The position numbers and the translations under genes were made by a program. Positions 52,433 through 60,891 of a DNA stretch of 64,000 nt are shown here, one piece after another. Positions within the stretch are counted from its first letter, which is position 1, and each line of letters begins with the position of its first letter. The stretch is from Desulfosudaceae bacterium. GTDB taxonomy: Bacteria; Desulfobacterota; Desulfobacteria; Desulfobacterales; Desulfosudaceae. The stretch lies in contig CAXXDV010000003.1 in assembly GCA_963674745.2 (NCBI GenBank), forward strand, positions 2,656,853-2,720,852, in the 5' to 3' direction. The notes below the pieces were generated by a model that searched no databases, was not told the DNA's origin, and saw only the letters and a list, made by a program, of their open reading frames with translations.

Positions 52433-52599
52433 CCCCCCTAAGAAGCTTGTTTTTTGACCCCCCTGGGCTTGCCTGTCAAAGAACGAACTGTTTTAAAAAT
52501 TAGAACATTTTCCCCAATAATGCAAGAACTGACGGCAGTTAAAAAAGGAAAGGTTTCTTTCTTAACTGCCGTTTGCGGATTATGGTTCCGGCCCGGATA

Positions 52600-53511
52600 T
52601 TATAATCCGGGGTGATACTTCTTGTGGATTTCTTTTAAGTCGTTGATGGTAACGCGGGTGTATATCTGTGTGGATTCTAAAGATTCATGGCCAAGCATTT
52701 CTTGAAGATGGCGGATGGGAGCGCCGTTTTTTAGCATATGGGTGGCGCAGGTATGGCGGAACGTGTGGACGGTGATGTTTTGCCGGAGACCGGCCAGGTG
52801 GGCGCACTGCTTGATATTCTTCCAAATGGTATGGGTTTTGATCTGGCCGCCCTTGTCGTTTAAAACAAGCCAGCCCATATCCTTGCCTTTCAGCAGTCCC
52901 GGCCGGATGCCAAGAATATAGGTGTTGATCAGTTCACAGACGTTTGTGCTTAACGGAACGACACGTTCCTTGTTGCCTTTGCCCAGCACCTTGACAAAGC
53001 CTGTCTCAAGTTCAAGGTCATACAGTTTGATATGGCTGAGTTCCGCTCTTCTGATGGCAGTATCATAAAGGATCTCTAACATGATCCGGTCCCGGTAGCC
53101 GCTGTTTGTCCGCATGTCCGGAGCGTTCATGATTTGCTTTATCTCCTGTCGGCTCATGATGGCCCTGGGCAGTCGCCGGGGCTCTTTGGGCAGCTTGATG
53201 CCTGATCCGGGATCGGATATAAGATAATCTTTTTCTTTTAAGTACCGGGTAAACAGCATGACAGTGCTCAAACTTTTTGACTGGGTCCGGGCTGACAGGG
53301 GCGTTCCCTTGGCTGTTACGGTAAAGGCAAGTTCCTGCTGGTAGTCTTCCAGCACCTCCCGGCTGAGGTCTTCAATATTTGTAAGGCCGTTATCTTCAAG
53401 GTAACGGGCAAAACGGCGCAATATAAACCGTGCTCCCCTGACCGTAAAGTATGACCGGCCCTGGGCCTGCATGTGGGTCAGGTATGCCGGGATAATAGTG
53501 TTTATGTTCAC
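52600..53511 (-). CDS. Xer-type tyrosine recombinase B, copy 1
   Basis: TAIRRAE, GKGNKER, HTFRH, LGH, TQIYT; GTG start with GGAGG RBS overlapping the upstream TGA. Confidence 0.92.
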   Translation of the reverse strand: MNINTIIPAYLTHMQAQGRSYFTVRGARFILRRFARYLEDNGLTNIEDLSREVLEDYQQELAFTVTAKGTPLSARTQSKSLSTVMLFTRYLKEKDYLISDPGSGIKLPKEPRRLPRAIMSRQEIKQIMNAPDMRTNSGYRDRIMLEILYDTAIRRAELSHIKLYDLELETGFVKVLGKGNKERVVPLSTNVCELINTYILGIRPGLLKGKDMGWLVLNDKGGQIKTHTIWKNIKQCAHLAGLRQNITVHTFRHTCATHMLKNGAPIRHLQEMLGHESLESTQIYTRVTINDLKEIHKKYHPGL

Positions 53512-54419
53512 GGTTCCTCCTGTGTGTTGGGGTGGGTTCTGGTGTGGGTGTCCTTGATCTCGACGGGCATGACTTTTGTATATTGCTGGGTGGTCTTTAA
53601 ATACTTGTGGCCCAGCAGTTTCTGGATATAGCGGATGTCCGCGCCCTGCTGAAGCATGTGGGTCGCGCATGATCGCCGGAACGCATGAAGCCCCACCGGC
53701 TCTTTTATCCCGGCTTTTCTGCGATAAGTATCAAGGCTTACGCGCAGGCTTCCCCAGGTCAGGGGACGGCCTTCAACCGTCAAAAACAGTTTTCTTTCCC
53801 TGGGGTTTCTTCGCGCGTGCTTTGGCCGGATGTGTTCAAGGTATTCTTTTAGATAGTGGACGGCGGATTTGCCCAGGGGAACAACACGTTGTCTTTTGCC
53901 TTTGCCTTTGCGGATATAAAGCACGTTGTCCCTTGTGTCCACGTCATATATATGCAGGTTTAAAAGTTCGTTTGACCGGATGCCGGTGGAGTACAGCACT
54001 TCCATGACGGCCCGATCCCGGATCTGGGCGTTTAAAGAAAGGTTTGGCTGATCAAAAAGGAGTTTGATTTCTTGTCTTGTTAACACCCGGCCGATGGTTC
54101 TTTTTTTGCGTCCGGTCTCCTTGATCCCTTCGGCCGGGTTGATTAAAAGCCGGTGGGTCTCTGTCAGATGTTCAAACAGCCGCTTGACAGCCCTGATCCT
54201 TATGGCCCTGGTCTCGGCGGCTTTGGGCAGCCCCATGACCTCCGCCTGGTACTCCTGCATGATCCGGTCATTAACCTGCCTGATGTCCGTTATTTCTATT
54301 TTGGTAAGAAAGGAAACAAAACATTTTAAGCCGTATTGATAAGCCTCTATCGTTTTAGGGGCATAGCCCCTGACTTTAAGATATTGCTTGAACTCCCCTA
54401 CAACTACGACGACCTCCAT
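53508..54419 (-). CDS. Xer-type tyrosine recombinase A, copy 1
   Basis: STGIRSNE, GKGKRQR, HAFRR, LLGH, TQQYT. Confidence 0.92.
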   Translation of the reverse strand: MEVVVVVGEFKQYLKVRGYAPKTIEAYQYGLKCFVSFLTKIEITDIRQVNDRIMQEYQAEVMGLPKAAETRAIRIRAVKRLFEHLTETHRLLINPAEGIKETGRKKRTIGRVLTRQEIKLLFDQPNLSLNAQIRDRAVMEVLYSTGIRSNELLNLHIYDVDTRDNVLYIRKGKGKRQRVVPLGKSAVHYLKEYLEHIRPKHARRNPRERKLFLTVEGRPLTWGSLRVSLDTYRRKAGIKEPVGLHAFRRSCATHMLQQGADIRYIQKLLGHKYLKTTQQYTKVMPVEIKDTHTRTHPNTQEEP

Positions 54420-54459
54420 TTATACCCCCTCTCCCCCCCCGCTGTTTCTTGCTCCACAA

Positions 54460-54579
54460 CCTCGTAGTTGTTCGGCTTATGGTTTAACATCAATGCCTTA
54501 AGTGCCATTTTGCCGCCCCTCGTAGTTCCCTCGTAGTGGCTTTATTTACCCTCGTAGTTGCCCGGATTACCCTCGTAGT
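54460..54579. repeat. Five CCTCGTAGT direct repeats (iteron-like), copy 1
   Basis: Starts at 54460, 54518, 54529, 54550, 54571; an inverted partial copy AACTACGA lies near 54402. Confidence 0.85.
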
Positions 54580-54582
54580 CCG

Positions 54583-57240
54583 CTATTTTTTCTCTTTCTT
54601 CATCAGCTTTTTGATTTCTTCTGTCGGGGTCAGATTCAAATAAAACCGGGTATTGTCCTCGCCCTGGCCCTTGTAGTTCAAGGCGTAAGCGTATTCCTTG
54701 CCGCGAGCCCCGAACCGGACCAGCAGGTATTCCAGGTCTTCCAACTGGCTGATGTGGGCGCGGATCTGCCAGTCCGTCCAGTTGATTGATTCTCTGATCT
54801 GCCGCCGGGTAAAAAAGACTTCATCAACCGGAAGCTTCTGCTTTTTGGATATGTCCCTGACCATTTTGTAAATCCCGTCAAGTAAAAGCCGGGAAGGCCG
54901 GGCCAGCTCGTCCAGGCTCTGGCCCAGGACGTCATTGGCCAGGGTGTTGGCCTTGTCGATATCGTTTAAGGTAACTTCGATGTACTCCACGGCTTTTCCT
55001 TCAACCTGCACGGTCTTTGCCTGCCTCTGGTACTGGTGCAAAAAGGCAATGGCTTCGATCAGGCCCAGGTACTTGTCATGGTCCCTTCTGCTGATCAGCG
55101 ATTTTGTGGGATAGGACAGATACGGCGTAAAAGGATTGACTACGGCCACGGGCTTTAACATCTGCTGGGCGATCTGGTGGATACGTTCGATATGGGTTGA
55201 TTTAGTCCGGTTGACCAGGCCCTCCAACGTTCTGGCCTGCTTCTGCTTGTCATGGATGGCGGCCGTCATCTGCTCGGACTCGTCGATTGATAAAAAGATA
55301 AACCGGGAAGCTGTCTCGGCGTCGATGTCGGCCGCCGTGGTGGTCAGCATGACCGAGACCGGGCCTTCAACAGTATACGTTTCGGTCTTCATCTTGCCGG
55401 TGCCGGGGTCCTTTCCCGTGGCCGCCACCCTGATCCGGCCTTCTGATTGGATATTGCGGATAGAATAAGCAGCCCCGCCCACGCCCGCCTCCTCCTCGAT
55501 GGCCAGGATTTTATTTTTTAACGATCCTTCTTCCTTGTAAAAAAGGGCCTGGTCGGTCACGCGGGTGTATTTTTCTTGATGGCTTTCCGGAACAAAGCGG
55601 AGGATAGCGTTCTGCAATGTCGATTTGCCTGCCCCGCTTCTGGACTGGATCAACGTGGACAAGGGCTTGGCCAAAAGCCGGGACACGGCCGTCAGATAAC
55701 ACACGATCTTGTTTGTCTCCTCGCCCACAATGCCCATGATCAGTAAGGCGTCCAAAATAGCCTTGAACATGTCCGGGGATTTTAAAAAGGTCTCTGCGGC
55801 CTTCTTTTCTGTCTGGCTGGGCTCGATGGCCTTGGCCTCTTTTTCTTTGGGCTGGTAGTTCTCTACCAGGGTCAACAGCTTGCCGATGTCTTCCTTGACC
55901 AGCTCCTCGGCCGCTCCGAACAGATCGGCGCAGAGTTTCGCGAACCAGAGCCGGGACCGGGAAGAATAAAGATCAATGGTGGTCAGTTCAAACGGCAGGC
56001 TGCCCTCAACGTCCGGGGATGCCTTGATCACGGCTTTTAACTGGGTTTCTCCTCGGCAGATACCCTTGACATGGTATTGCCGTTCTCCGTATCCCACGAT
56101 AAAGCCGCTTTCCGTGTGTTTGAATAACGTTTTTTTGCGGGGATAGACATGGTCGGAGTGCTCCAATGATTTTGGGTTGGCCTGTTTTAACAAAGCCTCG
56201 AACTGCTCCGGCGTATGCCGGTTAAAGTAGATGTTCACGTCTTTTACCGGCAGCTCGACCGTATAGGGCGTGATCTGTTTATCTTTTAGCTGCAAGCCTA
56301 CGGCCTGGGCAGCTTTTTTGCCGGGGTCATCGGCATCAAACACAAGATAGGCTTCCTTTATTCTGCCTTTGCAGTATGCCAGATGATCGTCAATAAGGCC
56401 GTTGGTGCCATACAACGGCATGACGTTTTTAAAGCCCTGGTCGTAAAGGGTCAGGGCGTCAATGACAGACTCTGTTAAAAGAATAGCCTGGGAGCGTTTG
56501 ACGGCCTGACGGTTGACCAGGCCGGACCGGCTGCCCGGCAAGTACAAATGGGTCAGGTCGCAGGATTCGTCTATGTTGCGGCCGTAAAGATTGACCACGG
56601 CCCCGCTCCCGTCATAGAGCGGGAACACGACACAGTTTAAAAAGCGTTCGTTTCCTTTGGCGTTTAAGATGCCGATGGTTTTTAAATCACTGGTGATCTG
56701 ATCGTCATCCGGCAGGATGGACAATAAGGTGCCGTTGACATAGCCTGCCCCGAAGTCCTTTAAAGACTGGTTGCGGGTAATGCCTCTTTTGTTCTTGAGG
56801 TAATCCAGGCCCTGGGTGGTTTCTTCCAGGGTGTGCTGGTAATAGGCGATCACGCGGGCCAGGAGTTTCTTTTGTTTGACGGTCAGAGGTTTTGTATTGT
56901 CGGGATTTTCTTTGGGTTGTGGTTGTGGTGGGGGTTTTCTGGTTGGGGTTTTGCGCGGGGTCGTCATTTCATTGGCGGATAGTATCCGCACGGCCTCGGT
57001 AAAGTCCACCCGGTCAAACAGTTCGATAAACCGGATCACGTCCCCGGCTGCGCCGCAGCCAAAGCACTGCCAGAGGTTTGTTTTTGGATTGATGGAAAGG
57101 GAAGGATTTTTATCGTCATGGAAGGGACACAGGCCGAAGTAACCCCGGCCGTTCTTTTTCAACTTGATGCCCCTGGCCTCGGCCAGGGCCACCATGTCAA
57201 CAGTGGCTTTGATATGGTCTATCTTTTCTTGTTCTATCAT
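54583..57240 (-). CDS. DnaG-like primase-helicase (CHC2 zinc finger, Toprim, P-loop NTPase)
   Basis: CPFHDDKNPS...CFGC; ESVIDAL and FDADD Toprim motifs; SRSGAGKS Walker A. Confidence 0.9.
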   Translation of the reverse strand: MIEQEKIDHIKATVDMVALAEARGIKLKKNGRGYFGLCPFHDDKNPSLSINPKTNLWQCFGCGAAGDVIRFIELFDRVDFTEAVRILSANEMTTPRKTPTRKPPPQPQPKENPDNTKPLTVKQKKLLARVIAYYQHTLEETTQGLDYLKNKRGITRNQSLKDFGAGYVNGTLLSILPDDDQITSDLKTIGILNAKGNERFLNCVVFPLYDGSGAVVNLYGRNIDESCDLTHLYLPGSRSGLVNRQAVKRSQAILLTESVIDALTLYDQGFKNVMPLYGTNGLIDDHLAYCKGRIKEAYLVFDADDPGKKAAQAVGLQLKDKQITPYTVELPVKDVNIYFNRHTPEQFEALLKQANPKSLEHSDHVYPRKKTLFKHTESGFIVGYGERQYHVKGICRGETQLKAVIKASPDVEGSLPFELTTIDLYSSRSRLWFAKLCADLFGAAEELVKEDIGKLLTLVENYQPKEKEAKAIEPSQTEKKAAETFLKSPDMFKAILDALLIMGIVGEETNKIVCYLTAVSRLLAKPLSTLIQSRSGAGKSTLQNAILRFVPESHQEKYTRVTDQALFYKEEGSLKNKILAIEEEAGVGGAAYSIRNIQSEGRIRVAATGKDPGTGKMKTETYTVEGPVSVMLTTTAADIDAETASRFIFLSIDESEQMTAAIHDKQKQARTLEGLVNRTKSTHIERIHQIAQQMLKPVAVVNPFTPYLSYPTKSLISRRDHDKYLGLIEAIAFLHQYQRQAKTVQVEGKAVEYIEVTLNDIDKANTLANDVLGQSLDELARPSRLLLDGIYKMVRDISKKQKLPVDEVFFTRRQIRESINWTDWQIRAHISQLEDLEYLLVRFGARGKEYAYALNYKGQGEDNTRFYLNLTPTEEIKKLMKKEKK

Positions 57241-57496
57241 ATCTCGTCTCCCGATTTCTGAGTTGGTTAAAAAGGATGTCGCGTAAATGATTCAAGGACT
57301 CTCTGAACTGGACCGGATTTACCAAAGCATGGCCGTCCCGGTAGGCCCGGTCATGCTCGACCAGGTCCGGACCGGTGAACATAAAAGACGCGATCTGTTT
57401 GCCGTTGCCGTTAAAGCGGATGTCGTCCAGCCGCCCGCCCATGCACAGGTAAAACGCCCCGCGAAAGATGTCGGTTGTTTCTAACGTGGATGTCAT
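57197..57496 (-). CDS. Small hypothetical protein upstream of the primase
   Basis: AGGAGG RBS; overlaps the primase start. Confidence 0.65.
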   Translation of the reverse strand: MTSTLETTDIFRGAFYLCMGGRLDDIRFNGNGKQIASFMFTGPDLVEHDRAYRDGHALVNPVQFRESLNHLRDILFNQLRNRETRYDRTRKDRPYQSHC

Positions 57497-57758
57497 ACGG
57501 ATCACCTCCTTTCATTTGATTTTTTGCGGGAGATGAGATAGAAAAAGAAAAGGTTTTCAAAGGGTTTTGGCCCTTTGAGTTCCGATCTCGGCCATCAACC
57601 TCGTCCGCCAAGACAAAGTGGTTGATGGCCTTTTCTTCGCAAACCCCCGTCAATTAACTGTCAAGCAAAAAAAATGATGGATTTTATTTTTAAATCGTGA
57701 TTAACTTTATAGTGATTCACTTATAATGTCAAGCACAAAAATAAGTGTTTCCTAAAGT

Positions 57759-58154
57759 ATGAGATATAATATGTTCATGAAAAACAAAGATAAAAAATTC
57801 CCCAAGCCGATGATAATCGGCGATGAGACGTTTGGTCAGAGGCTTGCGAGGATAAGAAAAGAAAAAGGCTATACTCAGGTTGAGTTGTCAAAAAAAATGG
57901 ATATGATCCAGGTCCTGATTTCTGACTATGAACATGACAAACTCCGACCACATCACGAGATAATCGCCCGCTTTGCAAAAGCCCTTAGTGTATCTGCCGA
58001 CGCGCTTCTTGGGCTTGAGAAAGACGCGCAGAGCCAAAATACACCAAGCCTTAAAATTCAACGAAGAATGAATAAAATCGAACAGCTTCCGCCATCTCAA
58101 CAAAGGGCTCTCTTGCAAACCATTGATGCCTTTGTTAAAGGTGTCAGCAAATAA
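57759..58154 (+). CDS. Xre-family HTH regulator
   Basis: FGQRLARIRKEKGYTQVELS...ISDYE...ALSVSADALLG; divergent from the primase operon. Confidence 0.88.
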   Translation: MRYNMFMKNKDKKFPKPMIIGDETFGQRLARIRKEKGYTQVELSKKMDMIQVLISDYEHDKLRPHHEIIARFAKALSVSADALLGLEKDAQSQNTPSLKIQRRMNKIEQLPPSQQRALLQTIDAFVKGVSK

Positions 58155-58170
58155 GAAACCGAGGTGATTT

Positions 58171-58401
58171 ATGGAAAAATTTATCAATATCCACGTTGAG
58201 AAGTTGCCGGAAGGTGTTTATTTGGCAACATCCGATGATGTATCCGGACTGGTGGCCCAGGGACGGACGGCAACCGAAGCGTTAGAGATCGCGCGTGATG
58301 TGGCCCGTAAACTCCTTGAGGCAAAAGCCGAGAGAAGCGGCCAGATTAATCTTTCTGTAATTGGCGATTCTTTTGATTATCCCCTGATTGTGAACGCATA
58401 A
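58171..58401 (+). CDS. hicB: Short HicB-like antitoxin
   Basis: EGVYLATS.DVSGLVAQGRT..EALEIARD. Confidence 0.8.
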   Translation: MEKFINIHVEKLPEGVYLATSDDVSGLVAQGRTATEALEIARDVARKLLEAKAERSGQINLSVIGDSFDYPLIVNA

Positions 58402-58402
58402 C

Positions 58403-58626
58403 ATGGGACGATTAGCGGATTCCGATATAAAGAGATCACAAAACGATTAAAGGCACACGGGTTTTTATTCGATCGTCAGGCCGCCGGAAGCCATGAGATC
58501 TGGTATAACCCGCAAACTGATCGATATACCACCGTTCCCAATCATCCGGGAGAGATGCCCGAAGGTACGTTGAGGGCGATCTTAAAACAAGCCAATATTA
58601 CCCCTGACGAATTTCTGAAAAAATAA
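58403..58626 (+). pseudogene. hicA: HicA toxin, frameshifted near codon 6
   Basis: One extra G in GCGGATTC restores MGRLAGFRYKEITKRLKAHGF.FDRQAAGSHEIWY...VPNHPGEMPEGTLRAILKQA. Confidence 0.85.
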
Positions 58627-58755
58627 AAACAAAGGTAGGTCTCCGTGCTCGGGCTCCAGCCACGCTTATTATATTTATTGGCGTGGCTTCCGCTTCCTGC
58701 GCGCGGAGCCCGGTCCTGATTTTATATCTATTCCCACCCTCCACCCTAAAAGGAA

Positions 58756-58949
58756 GCCGCCGCGCGTTTATTTGGTTGTTCCCTGCCTGTCATGCCGTCT
58801 GCATCTTCTTACATAATCAAACCTTAATTATCGGTCGTTGCATCCATTTTAAAAAACCATAAGGCAGCAACAACCGATAATTCTGATTATGTAATCAGAC
58901 GCAAGCGTCACGCCAGGCAGGGGCGGACAGCCCCGGCAACAGCGGCGGC
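58756..58949. other. Long imperfect hairpin containing two inverted dif-like sites
   Basis: ACAACCGATAA-TTCTGA-TTATGTAATCA (58870-58897) and, on the minus strand, ACGACCGATAA-N11-TTATGTAAGAA (58838-58806). Confidence 0.65.
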
Positions 58950-59009
58950 GTCTGTTCTTTTCATTCTCCCGGCCGCCCTCCCCTGGATAAGGTAACGGTC
59001 AATTTTATT

Positions 59010-59740
59010 CTGGATTGCCCGGTCAAGCCGGGCAATGACGCGGAAGGAAGCCAAACCGAACCCGTGGCGACATAAAAACCGGGGTTTTTCGGCAAGGGTA
59101 AGGTATGGGTCCGGCCGGGATCGTCGTTTCTGCGGGCAATGAGGGGACCGGATTCTTTTGTCATCCCCTCGGCTTGAGCTTCCTTATGTCATCCTCCGGC
59201 TTGTCCGGGGGATCCAGGTAAAACGGAAGGCCGGACAGATTCCGGTAATGGGCGAAGGATTTTCTTTTTTAATTGCCGCTGCGAGCGGAAGGAGCGGAGC
59301 CCGCCGGTAGTTTGGCGGGCAAAGCCTGAGCACGCAGCAGAAAACAACAACCCGTAAAAGAGTTAAAGCCGAGGCAGAGGGGTGAGCCCGCCCGGCGGAG
59401 ACAGGGCTGGCGCGGGCCTTGCCCAACCGGGCAATTAAAAAGAAAAAAGGATGAAGACGGAAGACGGACGATTTTTAAAGAAAGAACCTACAAAAGCAAG
59501 GGCCGTGACAGCCCTGGCGAGGGGGAGAGGCGCGGGGGGCGGGCTTAAGATTGATCGCGTGGGGCGCACCTTTTTCTGCCGGCGCCGGATATTTTGCAAG
59601 GCAGGACTCGAAGCCACGGCAGAGCCTGGCGCGCGGCCTTGCATTTCCGCCGGTCATCCTCCGGCCTTTCTCCCTCGTCATTACCCGACTTGATCGGGTA
59701 ATCCATTATTCTGGATCCCCTGGTCAAGCCAGAGGATGAC
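59010..59740. repeat. GTCAT...ATCCAG palindromic repeats in both orientations
   Basis: CTGGATTGCCCGGTCAAGCCGGGCAATGAC (~59010), GTCATCCTCCGGCTTGTCCGGGGGATCCAG (~59188), GTCATTACCCGACTTGATCGGGTAATCCA (~59677), CTGGATCCCCTGGTCAAGCCAGAGGATGAC (~59711). Confidence 0.8.
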
Positions 59741-59817
59741 CAAAGGCATGCAAGGCGCGTGACAGGCGGGGCATACATCAAAACCCACTTACCCGCACGG
59801 CTACAGGCGAGGACGGC

Positions 59818-59987
59818 CGGCAGAATGGGTGCGCTTCGGGGGGCGTGGCCCCGAAGGCAAAAACCCTGGAATATACAAATTGACCTCCCACCTTGTACAT
59901 TCCAGGGTTTTTGAGTTTTTTTGACCATAAGATTGATCCCATTCCCTATGGCCGTTGGGCAAAAAAACCGTCACCCACTCACACACA
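59818..59987. other. Conserved structured non-coding element, copy 2
   Basis: Homologous to 50532-50700, at the same position just downstream of the immunity gene. Confidence 0.75.
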
Positions 59988-60028
59988 AAGACAATCATAT
60001 AAGCATAGTCAGCCCCTATTTGCCCCCT

Positions 60029-60751
60029 TTATACTTTAGGAATATTTTCTTCTAAATAGGGCAAAATGACATCACATATTTTGAGAAATTTATATAAATT
60101 CTCTTCTAAGTTTTCCGCGGAATCAAATTTAAATCCTTGTGTGTATGCATTCGGGTATAGCAAAGAAAAATCAATTTGCAATAATGGTTTTTCAAAACCA
60201 AAATTAAAATGTAGTTTAGAAATAATACTTCCACGCTCGATTAAAATATAAATTCTATTGCCATTTGCTATTTTCTTAGAAAATTTAGTTTCGCCTTTGA
60301 ATGAATACCCTTCATTGAATTTATATTCAGGTTTATTAGCCGCAAAAACTTTTTTTAATATACTATTAACATTAATTTTAATTTGTACAACACTTTTAGA
60401 GCGTTCCTTTTTTCGAAAATAATCTTCATCCCCTTTATTTTCTTTTAACCACTTAATTACTTCTTCGCGATTGTTACTGATTTCTTGAGTAATCTCTTTA
60501 GGGAAAGGTTCGTAATCCCTTAATAACCTATATCGTAAATCTTTATTAAAATATTTAATTTCAGAAATTAAAAATTTATTCTTTAATTTTTCATCGATTT
60601 CATCATAATACTTCATAAAATATTTAATATAGCTTCTATTATCTATAAGTTCTACTGGATATTCCTCAAAAGGAAATTCTTTATATAGAATTTTTCTTTG
60701 CATTTCAGAAAACAACTTTACCATTTTTTCCTCGAGGCTTTTATTCTCCAT
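60029..60751 (-). CDS. Putative cytoplasmic immunity protein of Rhs tip 2
   Basis: Very AT-rich; downstream of a nuclease-like tip; no signal peptide. Confidence 0.6.
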   Translation of the reverse strand: MENKSLEEKMVKLFSEMQRKILYKEFPFEEYPVELIDNRSYIKYFMKYYDEIDEKLKNKFLISEIKYFNKDLRYRLLRDYEPFPKEITQEISNNREEVIKWLKENKGDEDYFRKKERSKSVVQIKINVNSILKKVFAANKPEYKFNEGYSFKGETKFSKKIANGNRIYILIERGSIISKLHFNFGFEKPLLQIDFSLLYPNAYTQGFKFDSAENLEENLYKFLKICDVILPYLEENIPKV

Positions 60752-60891
60752 ACTTATGTATTCCTATATTTTTATTAATTTTATTATCCCCCATGTCTTT
60801 TATATTTTCACAAACTATTGTGGCATCTTCAAATTTTTATAATTTATTTTCATTGTATGTTTTACATTAATCACAATCATTTAAAAACAAT

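Noticed and set aside
53512..53670. 356-aa version of recombinase B in the ORF track
   Set aside because: The extension overlaps recombinase A; the GTG at 53511 has a GGAGG RBS and GTGA coupling (same at 62785).
52600..54419. Host chromosomal xerC/xerD
   Set aside because: The pair is adjacent, duplicated and linked to a primase, which indicates element-encoded recombinases; no gene symbols assigned.
54460..54579. CCTCGTAGT repeats as a CRISPR array
   Set aside because: Repeats are only 9 bp with irregular 2-49 bp gaps, and no cas genes are present.
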